Positions 49,338 through 59,603 of a stretch of 64,000 nt of DNA are shown here, one piece after another. The stretch comes from Clostridia bacterium (GTDB lineage: Bacteria > Bacillota > Clostridia > UMGS1840). Positions within the stretch are counted from its first letter, which is position 1. Every line of letters begins with the position of its first letter. The notes under the pieces are model-generated. The model saw only the letters and a list, made by a program, of their open reading frames with translations. It was not told the DNA's origin and did no database searches. Position numbers and translations under genes: made by a program. The stretch lies in NCBI GenBank assembly GCA_045540295.1, contig JAZQGY010000011.1, positions 610 to 64,609 on the forward strand, read 5' to 3'.

Positions 49338-50333
49338 TTATTTTGCTTGAGCCTGAACGCTGGTGATGGCAACTACGCCAACAATATCTTCAGCGCTGCA
49401 GCCACGGGATAAGTCGTTGATGGGAGCTGCAATACCCTGGGTAACAGGACCGTATGCTTCTGCTTTTGCCAGTCTCTGAACCAGTTTGTAGCCAATGTTG
49501 CCTGCATCTAAGTCGGGGAAGCAGAGTACGTTTGCTTTCCCTGCCACATCGCTGTCGGGAGCTTTGGAGGAACCAACAGAAGGAACGATTGCCGCGTCCA
49601 ACTGCAGTTCGCCGTCTACTTTCAGATTGGGGTTGTTTTCTTTACAAATTCTGGTTGCTTCCACTACCTTGTCCACATCTGCATGTTTTGCACTGCCTTT
49701 GGTGGAGTGGGAGAGCATTGCAACAATTGCTTCCTGTTCGCAGAGCAGTTCAAAGGATTCCGCAGAGCATGCTGCAATGGCTGCTAATTTTTCGGGATCA
49801 GGATTCTGTTCCAAGCCGCTGTCTGCAAAAATGAAGGTACCGTTTGCACCGTATTCACAGTTGGGAACCACCATTAAGAAGAATGCGGAAACCAGTTTTA
49901 CACCGGGTTTGGTTTTGATAATCTGCAAGCTGGGACGTAAGGTGTTTGCGGTGGAGTGACAAGCACCGGATACCACACCGTCTGCATCCCCTGCTTTTAC
50001 CATTAAGCAAGCATAGTACATATAGTCGCCTAAAGCGGTTTTCTTTGCTTCTTCGTAGGTTAAGCCTTTGGATTTACGAAGTTCCACGAATAAGTTGATA
50101 TATTCTTCGGTTTTTTCATAGGTGAAGGGGTTAATGATGGTTGCTTTGGAAACATCCAAGCCTTTGCTGTTTGCTTCGACTTCTTCGGGAGTACCGATGA
50201 TGATAATATCAGCGATATCTTCCGCTAAAACCTGTGCAGCCGCTTCCCAGGTTCTTCTGTCCATAGATTCGGGCAGAATGATTTTCTTTTTGTCGGCTCT
50301 TGCTCTTTCTTTGATTCTGTCAATAAATGCCAT
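49338..50333 (-). CDS. pta: Phosphate acetyltransferase
   Basis: [23 protein letters not shown]. Confidence 0.96.
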   Translation of the reverse strand: MAFIDRIKERARADKKKIILPESMDRRTWEAAAQVLAEDIADIIIIGTPEEVEANSKGLDVSKATIINPFTYEKTEEYINLFVELRKSKGLTYEEAKKTALGDYMYYACLMVKAGDADGVVSGACHSTANTLRPSLQIIKTKPGVKLVSAFFLMVVPNCEYGANGTFIFADSGLEQNPDPEKLAAIAACSAESFELLCEQEAIVAMLSHSTKGSAKHADVDKVVEATRICKENNPNLKVDGELQLDAAIVPSVGSSKAPDSDVAGKANVLCFPDLDAGNIGYKLVQRLAKAEAYGPVTQGIAAPINDLSRGCSAEDIVGVVAITSVQAQAK

Positions 50334-50375
50334 AATGCATGACCTCCGTTTTTATAATAAGAAATTTTATAAACA

Positions 50376-50426
50376 TTGTTGTCAATTTAACCATATTATT
50401 ATATAGCAGACTGCCAAAAAATTCAA
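50376..50426 (-). promoter_or_regulatory. SigmaA promoter of pta-ackA with a Rex-like site near +1
   Basis: Minus strand TTGAAT-N17-TATAAT (50426-50398); TTGTTgt-caat-TTAACcA at 50376-50393. Confidence 0.55.
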
Positions 50427-50569
50427 GTCATTTTGGGAAATTTCTTGAAAAAACGTTAGTTTTTTTCTTGCAAAACCTTATTTTTCTCCTGTTGGCCAAT
50501 CAGTTTTGATAGAAAATAGTCAAAAATCTCTAAAAATCAAAGAAAAATACTGAAAAAATCAAAAAAGTT

Positions 50570-50598
50570 TTGACATTTTGTTATATATATGTTATACT
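50570..50598 (+). promoter_or_regulatory. SigmaA promoter of the yloC operon
   Basis: TTGACA-N17-TATACT with TG extension. Confidence 0.75.
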
Positions 50599-50624
50599 GT
50601 TATGAAAAGGTAAGGTGAAAAAGT

Positions 50625-51503
50625 ATGTCTATGAGTATGACAGGCTACGGCCGTCAGAAAGAAATTTATAAAGGCTACGATATTACCGTGGAATTAAAAT
50701 CGGTAAATCATCGTTATTTTGATGCCAACATCCGTGTTCCCAGAGGATTTTCCTTTTTGGAGGAACCGGTTCGCAAATACTTAGCGGAAAAAATCAACCG
50801 TGGGAAATTAGATGTGTATATCCATATGAACAATGTGGAGGAAGGGGACAAGGTTGTCACCTTAAACCGCACGGTTGCAGAAAACTACTTAAAGGTTTTA
50901 AAAGAATTATCCGACGAATACGATATGCCCTTTGATGTTACGGCGACTAAAATGTCTCGGTTTCCCGATATTTTCGAGGTGGAATTTAAAGAGCATGAAG
51001 CGGAGGAAATCTTCTCGATTTTAGAACCCGTTTTGGAAAAAGCGGTTTCCGATTTCTTGGAAATGAGAAGAACCGAAGGCAAACGATTGGCAGACGATAT
51101 GGTCAGCCGTATTGAAAAACTGCGTGGCATGGTGGCAAGAATTGAAGAGTTGTTGCCCGAGTCCGTGGCAGAATACGAAAAGAAACTGCGTGACAAGATG
51201 GAAGAATACTTAAACGGTGCCACCTATGATGAAACCCGTCTGATGACCGAGGTTGCCATCTTCTCCGACAAGGTTGCCACCTTTGAAGAAACTACCAGAC
51301 TGCAGAGCCATTTTGAAGAATTTATGGGACTTGTTTATCAGGACAAACCCGTGGGCAAAAAACTGGATTTCATTATTCAGGAAATGAACCGTGAAGTAAA
51401 CACCACCTGCTCCAAATGTAACTCCATTGAAATTTCCAAAATCGGCATTGATGCCAAAACGGAAATTGAAGCCATCCGTGAGCAAGTGCAGAATGTTGAA
51501 TAA
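50625..51503 (+). CDS. YicC/YloC family endoribonuclease
   Basis: SMTGYG, ELKSVNHRY, GKKLDFIIQEMNRE, IREQVQNVE. Confidence 0.94.
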   Translation: MSMSMTGYGRQKEIYKGYDITVELKSVNHRYFDANIRVPRGFSFLEEPVRKYLAEKINRGKLDVYIHMNNVEEGDKVVTLNRTVAENYLKVLKELSDEYDMPFDVTATKMSRFPDIFEVEFKEHEAEEIFSILEPVLEKAVSDFLEMRRTEGKRLADDMVSRIEKLRGMVARIEELLPESVAEYEKKLRDKMEEYLNGATYDETRLMTEVAIFSDKVATFEETTRLQSHFEEFMGLVYQDKPVGKKLDFIIQEMNREVNTTCSKCNSIEISKIGIDAKTEIEAIREQVQNVE

Positions 51504-51522
51504 GTAAAAAGAGGTTTTCCAT

Positions 51523-51756
51523 ATGAAACTGTTGAATATCGGCTTCGGCAATGCTGTGGCGATGGAGAGAATTATCGCCATTATCAGTCCCGATTCGGCA
51601 CCGGTAAAGCGTATGATTACCGATGCCAAAGAACGTGGAATTTTAATTGATGCCACCTACGGCAGAAAAACCAGAACTGTGGTGGTGACCGACAGCGGTC
51701 ATATTATTCTGTCAGGTTTGCAGACAGATACCATTACCGGCAGAGCAGAAGGATAA
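51523..51756 (+). CDS. remA: DUF370 / RemA family protein
   Basis: [25 protein letters not shown]. Confidence 0.9.
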   Translation: MKLLNIGFGNAVAMERIIAIISPDSAPVKRMITDAKERGILIDATYGRKTRTVVVTDSGHIILSGLQTDTITGRAEG

Positions 51757-51771
51757 AAAGAGGTTTTTGTT

Positions 51772-52365
51772 ATGACACAAAAAGGCACTTTAATGGTGGT
51801 TTCCGGCCCTGCAGGGGTTGGAAAGGGCACCGTGGTGAAGCGGGCGTGTGAACTGGCAGAGGGGAAAATTCATCTGTCGGTGTCTGCCACCACAAGAGCA
51901 CCCCGTCCTATTGACCGGGAGGGCGTCACCTATTATTTTAAAACCAAAGAAGAATTTCAGGAAATGATTGCCCATAACCAGGTGTTGGAATGGGCAGAAT
52001 ATGTGGGGAATTACTACGGCACTCCCCGTCAGCCTGTGGAAGATGCCTTATCCCGTGGGCTGGATGTGATTTTAGAAATCGAAGTACAGGGTGCGATGCA
52101 GATTAAAAAGAATTTTCCCGACACGGTGTTAACTTTCATTGCACCACCAAGCTATGAGGAGTTGGAAAAGCGTCTTCGTGGCAGAGGTACCGAAACTGAG
52201 GAGCAGATTTTATCCCGCTTGCAAACGGCAAAGGGAGAGCTTTCGTTGATGGATGAGTATGACTACATCGTGGTCAACGATGAAATCGAGCAGGCAAGCT
52301 GTGATTTACTGACGATCCTTCGTGCCGATAAATTAGCAAAAGACAGTTATTTTAAAAACAAGTAA
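51772..52365 (+). CDS. gmk: Guanylate kinase
   Basis: GPAGVGKGT, SATTRAPR, YYGTP, EIEVQGA. Confidence 0.96.
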   Translation: MTQKGTLMVVSGPAGVGKGTVVKRACELAEGKIHLSVSATTRAPRPIDREGVTYYFKTKEEFQEMIAHNQVLEWAEYVGNYYGTPRQPVEDALSRGLDVILEIEVQGAMQIKKNFPDTVLTFIAPPSYEELEKRLRGRGTETEEQILSRLQTAKGELSLMDEYDYIVVNDEIEQASCDLLTILRADKLAKDSYFKNK

Positions 52366-52425
52366 AGCGTACATATTTTTTAATAGATTTGATTTCATTT
52401 TCAGATACTAAAAGGAGAGATTATT

Positions 52426-52611
52426 ATGTTACAACCCGCAATCGGAAATTTAGTGGAAAAAGCAGGCAGCAGATACGCATTGGTGATTGCTGTGGCAAAA
52501 AGAGCAAGAGATTTAAGTGAACAGGAAGATATCCGTACTTCTTCTGCAAAACCTGTTTCTATGGCTGTGAACGAAATTGCAGACGGCGACATTGAAGTCA
52601 TCAATAAGTAA
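52426..52611 (+). CDS. rpoZ: RNA polymerase omega subunit
   Basis: SRYALVIAVAKRAR, KPVSMAVNEI. Confidence 0.93.
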   Translation: MLQPAIGNLVEKAGSRYALVIAVAKRARDLSEQEDIRTSSAKPVSMAVNEIADGDIEVINK

Positions 52612-52642
52612 GAAATAAAAAAAGAACAAAAGATATCAAAAA

Positions 52643-55117
52643 ATGAACCGAATTTTATGCGCTAAGATAGCGGTTTCCAATTTGAACTTTTCTGTGGATA
52701 AGGAGTTTTCCTATCTGATTCCTGCCCCCATCGCTCATTTGGTGGTGGAAGGAGTCCGTGTGGTGGTTCCTTTTGGCAGAGCCAATAAGAAGCGTGAAGG
52801 TATCGTGACCCAACTGTTTTACGACGAGGGGGCGATACCTTTAAAGTCTGTGATGGAAGTCATTGATTATGAGCCTGTTATCGACGAAAAGGGAATGGAA
52901 CTTGCCCGCTATATTGCCAAGCGCTACTATGCCACCTTATATGATGCGGCGAATTTGCTGTTGCCTCCCGGTTCTAATTTAAAATTTTCGGAGTATGTCC
53001 GTTTGCTGGATGATTGTATGGATGGCGTGGCGGACGATAACGGTTTGTTGGGGAAACTGATTGATTATTTGGTTTCCAAACGTGTTCCCGTATCATTGGA
53101 AGAATTGGAAAACGCATTTTCCAACCGTGGCATTAAAAAAGTGATTACCGCCTTAGCAAAATTAGGTAAGGTGGAGCTTTACGAAGAATCCCGGCAGGCG
53201 CATCAACAAAAAAGTATTCAAGTGGCAACTCTCACCTTAGGGGAGCACGAGTTGTATGATTATATGGAGATTTATCTCAAAAAAGCGGCAGCCCAAAGAC
53301 GGGTACTGGAAATGCTATTAGACAACGGCAGAATGCCCGTGGTAGATTTGGTGGCGTTTTCGGGAGCAAGTCGGGGGTCTATTACCGCTTTGGAGAAAAA
53401 AGGTGTTATTGAAATCACCGAAGAAGTAGTCGAGCAGGATCCCTTCGCCGAGGAAAAGCAGGTAACCGATACCAAAACAGTATTAAATGAAGAGCAAACC
53501 AACGTTGTGGATACCATTCTTTCGGCAAGACGGGAAGAGGGGTATCACGAATTTCTCTTAAAAGGGGTGACCGGCTCCGGCAAAACCGAGGTGTATCTTG
53601 CCTTGGTGGAGCAGGTGATCAAAGAAGGCAAGCAGGCAATTATCTTGGTACCTGAAATCGCCTTAACTCCTCAGATTCGAGGACGGTTTTTCCGTCGGTT
53701 CGGCAATCAGGTTGCGGTGCTTCATTCCGCACTTTCCATTTCCGAGCGAAAAGACCAGTGGAATAAAATCCGAAACGGTCAGGTTTCGGTAGCGGTGGGA
53801 GCCAGAAGTGCTGTGTTTGCGCCTTTTGGCAATTTAGATTTCATCATTGTGGATGAAGAACACGAAACCACCTATAAATCCGAGCATTCTCCCCGTTATC
53901 AGGCAAAAGATGTGGCTCGGTTTTTAATGAATCAGCGCGGCGGAACCTTGCTTTTAGCATCGGCAACACCCGCTGTGGAAGACTACTACCGTACTCAGCA
54001 GGGAAAAGCAACTCTGCTGACCTTAACCAAACGGTATAACGAACACGCTTTGCCCAAGGTAGAAATCGTGGATATGCGAGAAGAACTGAAAAACGGAAAC
54101 CATTCTGTTCTTTCGGAAAGTCTGAAAAAAAGACTTCTCGAAGTGAAAGAAAAGGGCGAAAAAGCGATTATTCTTTTGAATCGGCGTGGCTATTCTACGT
54201 TTGTAAGCTGTCGGGACTGCGGCTATGTGGTAAAATGCAAAAAATGTGATGTGGCGCTTACTTATCATAGCATCGAAGGAAAATTAAAATGTCACTACTG
54301 CGGTTACACTGCTGATGCGGAAACCGTCTGTCCCGAATGTCACAGCACTTCGGTGCGGTATTTCGGAAGTGGCACTCAAAAACTGGAAGAAGAAATTTAT
54401 TCCATGTTTTCCGATACCCAGGTCATTCGAATGGATAACGATACCACCACCACCAAAATGTCTCACGAGCGACTGTTAAAGCAGTTTGCAAAGCCGGGCT
54501 GTTCCATTTTACTCGGCACCCAGATGATTGCAAAGGGCCTGGATTTTAAAGAGGTTTCTTTGGTTGGGGTAATTGCTGCAGACAGCTCTCTGTTTGTGGG
54601 TGGCTATAACGGTTCGGAAAAAACCTTTTCCTTAATTACTCAGGTTTGCGGCAGGGCAGGACGCGGAGAGATTCCCGGTTATGCGGTAGTGCAGACCTAT
54701 CACCCTGAGCATTATGCCATTGAAGCGGCAAAAAGCCAGGACTACGACGCTTTTTATCAAAACGAAATTGTATTTCGTAAAAATGTGAAATATCCGCCCT
54801 TTTCGGAAATTGTGAATGTGATTTTCACAGGAGATGACGAGAAAAAAATTTTTGAAATGGCAGACGGCATCAAACAGATTATGACCGAAAAGGTGGACTT
54901 TTACGAGGAACGAAAACATTATATTGCAATGTACGGTCCCACTCCTTGCGGGATTTCCAAAATCCGCAATCAGTACCGTTACCATATTTTAATCAAATGT
55001 ACCTCGGCATCTGCTATTGAAACGTCGTTCTCAGAATCAGTGAAAGCATTGATTTTGGCAAATAAGAAAAATGACATCAATGTGCAGGTAGATGTAAATC
55101 CTGTTAATTTTCTATAG
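52643..55117 (+). CDS. priA: Primosomal protein N'
   Basis: GVTGSGKTEVY, DEEH, SATP, four CxxC pairs, GTQMIAKG, GRAGR. Confidence 0.96.
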   Translation: MNRILCAKIAVSNLNFSVDKEFSYLIPAPIAHLVVEGVRVVVPFGRANKKREGIVTQLFYDEGAIPLKSVMEVIDYEPVIDEKGMELARYIAKRYYATLYDAANLLLPPGSNLKFSEYVRLLDDCMDGVADDNGLLGKLIDYLVSKRVPVSLEELENAFSNRGIKKVITALAKLGKVELYEESRQAHQQKSIQVATLTLGEHELYDYMEIYLKKAAAQRRVLEMLLDNGRMPVVDLVAFSGASRGSITALEKKGVIEITEEVVEQDPFAEEKQVTDTKTVLNEEQTNVVDTILSARREEGYHEFLLKGVTGSGKTEVYLALVEQVIKEGKQAIILVPEIALTPQIRGRFFRRFGNQVAVLHSALSISERKDQWNKIRNGQVSVAVGARSAVFAPFGNLDFIIVDEEHETTYKSEHSPRYQAKDVARFLMNQRGGTLLLASATPAVEDYYRTQQGKATLLTLTKRYNEHALPKVEIVDMREELKNGNHSVLSESLKKRLLEVKEKGEKAIILLNRRGYSTFVSCRDCGYVVKCKKCDVALTYHSIEGKLKCHYCGYTADAETVCPECHSTSVRYFGSGTQKLEEEIYSMFSDTQVIRMDNDTTTTKMSHERLLKQFAKPGCSILLGTQMIAKGLDFKEVSLVGVIAADSSLFVGGYNGSEKTFSLITQVCGRAGRGEIPGYAVVQTYHPEHYAIEAAKSQDYDAFYQNEIVFRKNVKYPPFSEIVNVIFTGDDEKKIFEMADGIKQIMTEKVDFYEERKHYIAMYGPTPCGISKIRNQYRYHILIKCTSASAIETSFSESVKALILANKKNDINVQVDVNPVNFL

Positions 55118-55246
55118 CAGAATGTGATAAATCGCCCACAATCGGTTAATCTCACCACTCGACGTACAATCCAGTACGCCTTCGGGCAATGTCAAAGCAG
55201 AGCTTTGATTCGATTTCCCAATTCTGCGCAGATTTCTCGCATTCTG
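55118..55246. repeat. Long imperfect palindromic intergenic element (REP/MITE-like)
   Basis: Ends CAGAATGTGATAAATC / GATTTCTCGCATTCTG (14/16 complementary); core CGTAC-aatcca-GTACG; GCC-TTCG-GGC and TCAAAGC-aga-GCTTTGA sub-hairpins. Confidence 0.7.
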
Positions 55247-55316
55247 TGCGAAGAAGTAATGCTAAATGAAATGATAAGATCAAGCAAAATTCCCTTATAT
55301 AGAGAGGAGCAAAATA

Positions 55317-55790
55317 ATGGCAATCAGAAACATTGTGCCGGATACCGACGAAATTATGCACAAAAAGTGCCGTCCGGTTGAAAAAATAGACGATAAAATC
55401 ATCACCTTAGTAGAGGATATGATTGACACTTTAAAAAAAGCGGAAGGTGTGGGTTTAGCTGCCCCCCAGGTTGGTGTTTTAAAACGTATATTTGTAATTG
55501 ACACCATGGAAGACCCACAGGAATTTATTGAATTTATCAATCCTGAGATTATCGAAACCTCCGGTACTCAGGAGGGTAGTGAAGGATGCCTAAGTATTCC
55601 CGGCTTTGAAGGGCATGTGATTCGTCCTATGCATGTAAAAGTGAAAGCATTAAACCGTTTTGGAGAAGAATTTATTTTCGAAGGGGAAGAACTGATGGCA
55701 CGTTGCTGCTGTCATGAAAATGACCATTTAGACGGTAAAACCATTCGTGATACTTGTGAATACGAAGTATTCCACGATGACGAAGAATAG
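55317..55790 (+). CDS. def: Peptide deformylase
   Basis: GVGLAAPQVG, EGCLS, HENDH. Confidence 0.96.
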   Translation: MAIRNIVPDTDEIMHKKCRPVEKIDDKIITLVEDMIDTLKKAEGVGLAAPQVGVLKRIFVIDTMEDPQEFIEFINPEIIETSGTQEGSEGCLSIPGFEGHVIRPMHVKVKALNRFGEEFIFEGEELMARCCCHENDHLDGKTIRDTCEYEVFHDDEE

Positions 55791-55816
55791 TTTTTAGATT
55801 GTGAAGTGAGATAGCC

Positions 55817-56725
55817 ATGAAAATCATGTTTATGGGTACGCCTGATTTTGCGGCGTACAGTTTACAAAAACTGCTGGAGCACGGATGTGATGTTTGTTCC
55901 GTTGTAACCCGCGCAGATGCAAAAAAAGACCGTGGTCAGAAAATTAAGTTTTCTCCCGTGAAGGAAGTGGCATTGGCTCATAATTTGCCCGTATACCAAC
56001 CTGTTAATTTAAAAGAAGAAAACTTTTTGGATATTTTAAAAGCAGAAAATCCCGATTTGATTGTGGTGGTGGCATACGGCAGAATTCTGCCTTCCTATGT
56101 GCTTTGCTATCCTAAATACGGGTGCATTAACGTGCACGCCTCATTGCTCCCCAAATACCGTGGGTCTGCACCGATTCAATATGCGGTTGCCATGGGAGAG
56201 CAGGAGAGCGGTGTTACCATTATGCAGATGAATGAGGGGCTTGACACCGGCGATATGCTTACCAAATGCGTGGTTCCTATTACCGAAACCGAAACCGGCG
56301 GAACACTTCACGATAAATTGATGGAAGCAGGCGCAAACTTGTTGTTGGATACCATTCCCCAGCTTGGCACAATCAAAGGGGAAGTGCAGGATGATTCTTT
56401 GTCTACCTATGCACCTCCTATCAAAAAAGAAGAAACCGTTATATCTTTTGATATGGATGCCAAGGACATTGTGAATAAAATCCGCGGATTTTATCCGTTT
56501 CCGGGAACCAGCTTCCTTCACAACGAAAAACTTTATAAAATTCATAAAGCAGAGCTTTATTCCAAGGAAGACAAAAAGCCTTACGGTACCGTTTTGGAAT
56601 TTTCCAAGAACTGTCTTTTAATCTCTGCCAAAAATGGCGTGATTAATATTACAGCTTTGCAACCTCCCGGCAAAAAAATGATGGGAATTGCAGATTTTTA
56701 CAATGGAAACCGTGACACATTTTAA
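55817..56725 (+). CDS. fmt: Methionyl-tRNA formyltransferase
   Basis: FMGTPDFA, VVAYG, NVHASLLPKYRG, GLDTGD. Confidence 0.96.
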   Translation: MKIMFMGTPDFAAYSLQKLLEHGCDVCSVVTRADAKKDRGQKIKFSPVKEVALAHNLPVYQPVNLKEENFLDILKAENPDLIVVVAYGRILPSYVLCYPKYGCINVHASLLPKYRGSAPIQYAVAMGEQESGVTIMQMNEGLDTGDMLTKCVVPITETETGGTLHDKLMEAGANLLLDTIPQLGTIKGEVQDDSLSTYAPPIKKEETVISFDMDAKDIVNKIRGFYPFPGTSFLHNEKLYKIHKAELYSKEDKKPYGTVLEFSKNCLLISAKNGVINITALQPPGKKMMGIADFYNGNRDTF

Positions 56726-56753
56726 GCTGTTTTAACTGAAAGGAGTGCATTTT

Positions 56754-57437
56754 ATGTACTTTGATATGACTTATGTGATTTTTGTGTTACCCGCTTTACT
56801 TCTTGCAATGTGGGCACAGACTAAGGTCACAACCACCTTTAACCGATACAGCAAAATCGCCACGCAAAGGGGATTGACCGGCCATGATGCAGCTCGTATG
56901 ATTTTAGATGCTAATGGATTGCAGTCTGTGAGAATTGAACGTGTGGCAGGGAATCTGACCGATCATTACGATCCGAAAAACAATGTGATTCGTTTGTCTG
57001 ATAATGTGTATGCACAGAACTCTGTGGGGGCGGTTGGCGTGGCAGCTCATGAAGCAGGTCATGCTGTTCAGCATAGCGAAGGCTATATGCCCATTAAAAT
57101 CAGAAATTCCATTATCCCGGCAGCAAATATCGGCTCCTACCTGGCGTTTCCGCTGGCACTGTTAGGCATTTTAGTTGCCAATGATTTACTGATTAATACG
57201 GGAATTATCCTCTTTTCAGCAGTCGTTTTATTCCAGCTGGTAACCTTGCCGGTGGAATTTAATGCTTCCAATCGTGCAGTGGCTGTGTTAGGTGGAGATG
57301 CTTTCTTGACCGGACAGGAAGTCCGCGGTGTGAAAAAAGTGCTTTCTGCAGCGGCAATGACTTATGTGGCAGCAGCGGCAACTGCTATTATGAACTTAGT
57401 GCGATTGCTGGTTTTAGCCAATCGCAACCGAGATTAG
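56754..57437 (+). CDS. Membrane zinc metallopeptidase (YugP-like)
   Basis: LTDHYDP, AAHEAGHAVQ, TLPVEFNAS, AAAMTYVA. Confidence 0.92.
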   Translation: MYFDMTYVIFVLPALLLAMWAQTKVTTTFNRYSKIATQRGLTGHDAARMILDANGLQSVRIERVAGNLTDHYDPKNNVIRLSDNVYAQNSVGAVGVAAHEAGHAVQHSEGYMPIKIRNSIIPAANIGSYLAFPLALLGILVANDLLINTGIILFSAVVLFQLVTLPVEFNASNRAVAVLGGDAFLTGQEVRGVKKVLSAAAMTYVAAAATAIMNLVRLLVLANRNRD

Positions 57438-57460
57438 TTAGACACATTAAGGAAACTTAT

Positions 57461-58708
57461 ATGGAACGAAGAAAAACGGCACTTCAGATTTTAAATGAAT
57501 ATGAAGAACAGAAAACTTTTTTGAATCTGGCATTAAAACACGGTCTTTCCAAATTGGGGGAAGGCCGTGCTTTTGTGACGGAATTAGTCTATGGAGTTAT
57601 CCGTTATCGCCGTTTTCTGGATGAAATTATCAACCGTTTTTCTACCACCAAGGTAAAAAAACTGAGTATTCCTGTAAAAAATATCCTCAGAATGGGCTTT
57701 TATCAATTTCATTTTATGGACAAAGTTCCTGACTTTGCTATTGTGAATGAAAGTGTGAAACTGACCAATAAATACGCTTATAAATCCAAAGGGCTTGTAA
57801 ATGCTGTGCTAAGAAAAGGATTGTCCGAATCAATTCCGGAGATTTCTTTGGCAGTCAGGGAATCTTTTTCTGATGAGGTATATGAGTTATTGGTATCCCA
57901 GTATGGGGACGAAACAGAGCAACTTCTTCAAAATTTAAACAAGAAAGTACCCTTGGCACTGAGATATCATCATCAACGGTTTTCCTCTGTACAGGAAGCA
58001 ACGAAGCGGATAGCAGGCTGCAGCACTTACGGAGACGCCTTGCTCCCCGAACAAGCCGACGGCATGACAAAACTGATTGAGAATGGCGACTTTTCTGTTC
58101 AGAGTGTTTCTTCTCAATGGGCGGTAAAAGTGTTGGATCCCAAAAAAGGGGAACGTGTTTTGGACTGTTGTGCGGCTCCCGGCGGAAAAACAGCCTTTAT
58201 TGGGGAACTGATGGAAAACGAAGGGGAATTGGTGGCTACCGAACTTTATCTGCACCGCTGCGAACTGATTCAAAAGAATTTAGCACGTTGCAACATTACC
58301 TGTGCTACGGTATTGGAAGCAGATGCTTCTCAGCAGACTTTTCCAAAAAAATTTGACCGCATTTTAGCGGATGTGCCATGTTCCGGATTGGGCGTTATTG
58401 GAAGTAAGCCGGATATCAAGTGGAGAGACTTCGGGTTTTCGGAACTTGTTACTCTGCAACAGCATATTTTAAATAATATGGCAGACGCGCTAAATCCCGG
58501 CGGTGTGCTGGTATATTCCACTTGCACCGTCAACAAGGACGAAAATGAGCGACAGATAGCACGCTTCTTAACAGAACATTCAGAGTTTTCTTTGGAACCG
58601 TTTCAGATGCGGTTAGGGGAAACTGAATACGGGGAAACCGGGATGGCGCAGATTTTGCCAAACGGAATCACGATTGGCTTTTTTATTGCAAAACTGAGAA
58701 AGAATTAG
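57461..58708 (+). CDS. rsmB: 16S rRNA m5C967 methyltransferase RsmB/Sun
   Basis: NusB-like N-terminus, DCCAAPGGKT, DVPCSGLG, YSTCT. Confidence 0.93.
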   Translation: MERRKTALQILNEYEEQKTFLNLALKHGLSKLGEGRAFVTELVYGVIRYRRFLDEIINRFSTTKVKKLSIPVKNILRMGFYQFHFMDKVPDFAIVNESVKLTNKYAYKSKGLVNAVLRKGLSESIPEISLAVRESFSDEVYELLVSQYGDETEQLLQNLNKKVPLALRYHHQRFSSVQEATKRIAGCSTYGDALLPEQADGMTKLIENGDFSVQSVSSQWAVKVLDPKKGERVLDCCAAPGGKTAFIGELMENEGELVATELYLHRCELIQKNLARCNITCATVLEADASQQTFPKKFDRILADVPCSGLGVIGSKPDIKWRDFGFSELVTLQQHILNNMADALNPGGVLVYSTCTVNKDENERQIARFLTEHSEFSLEPFQMRLGETEYGETGMAQILPNGITIGFFIAKLRKN

Positions 58709-58718
58709 AATATAGGAT

Positions 58719-58955
58719 GTGTTTCATTTGAAAAAAACGCCCCTTTGGGATGAAAATCAGGAAAATACCTGTGCTTTTTGCGAGTATGCGAACCTCTTGG
58801 CAGATTGCGAGCAGGTAATCTGTACGAAACGGAAAAACTTGTATGCAGCTTCTCATACCTGTCGGAAGTTTAAGTTTGATATTTTGAAAAAAGATGTTCG
58901 CCGTCAGCGAGTTCCCGAATTTGCACGTTTTTCCAAAGAGCAGTTTGAACTGTAA
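58719..58955 (+). CDS. Small Cys-rich hypothetical protein (start uncertain)
   Basis: CAFC..C..C..CRKFKFD pattern; 10 nt after rsmB stop. Confidence 0.65.
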   Translation: MFHLKKTPLWDENQENTCAFCEYANLLADCEQVICTKRKNLYAASHTCRKFKFDILKKDVRRQRVPEFARFSKEQFEL

Positions 58956-59063
58956 TCAGTTGAAAAAACTGCAAAAAAACGAAAAAACAGAGAAAACAAA
59001 CGAAAATGATAGAAAAACAAAGTAAAAATTTGCTTATATTGAAATAAATACGGATAAACAGGA

Positions 59064-59092
59064 TTGAAAACACGGAGACTGAGTGCTATACT
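59064..59092 (+). promoter_or_regulatory. SigmaA promoter of thrR-hom-lysC
   Basis: TTGAAA-N17-TATACT with TG extension. Confidence 0.65.
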
Positions 59093-59125
59093 CTTTCGAG
59101 TACAAATGTTTTCGAGGTGTGGACA

Positions 59126-59569
59126 ATGCTTAAAAATCATGAATACTTCGTCGTGGACAAACTTGCCGTACCGTCGGTTTTAGTCAAAACGTTAGCGGTT
59201 AAGAAACTGTTGGAAAACAATCCGGATATGAAGGTATCGGATGCAGTAAAAATGGAAGATTTGTCACGAAGTGCTTTTTATAAATATAAGGATATGATTT
59301 TTCCTTATAATTCGTTAAAAGCAACCCGAATGGTCACCTTTTTTATGGAATTATCTGACGTAGCCGGGATTTTATCTCAGGTATTGAAGGTCATTGCCAG
59401 CTACGGTGCCAATGTGTTGACAATTAATCAGAACATCCCTATGGACGGGAAGGCAACCCTTTCCATTTCCATTGACACCTCCGGTATGGAGAAAAAGTTG
59501 GAAGCTTTGGAAAATAAGCTTTCCGAAATAACCGATATCAGTAAATTTACCGTCATCATCAGTGAATAA
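59126..59569 (+). CDS. thrR: HTH + ACT domain regulator (ThrR/PheB family)
   Basis: LSRSAFYKYKD, GILSQVL, NVLTINQNIP; upstream of hom. Confidence 0.85.
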   Translation: MLKNHEYFVVDKLAVPSVLVKTLAVKKLLENNPDMKVSDAVKMEDLSRSAFYKYKDMIFPYNSLKATRMVTFFMELSDVAGILSQVLKVIASYGANVLTINQNIPMDGKATLSISIDTSGMEKKLEALENKLSEITDISKFTVIISE

Positions 59570-59603
59570 AGCAAGAAAAGCAAGAAATGAGGAACAAAAT
59601 TTT

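Noticed and set aside
55118..55316. 6S RNA between priA and def
   Set aside because: No own promoter or terminator and no recognisable 6S central bubble; fits a palindromic repeat better, though an Rfam scan would settle it
59100..59125. ThrR operator
   Set aside because: Only weak TGT..ACA symmetry, and I cannot state the consensus reliably
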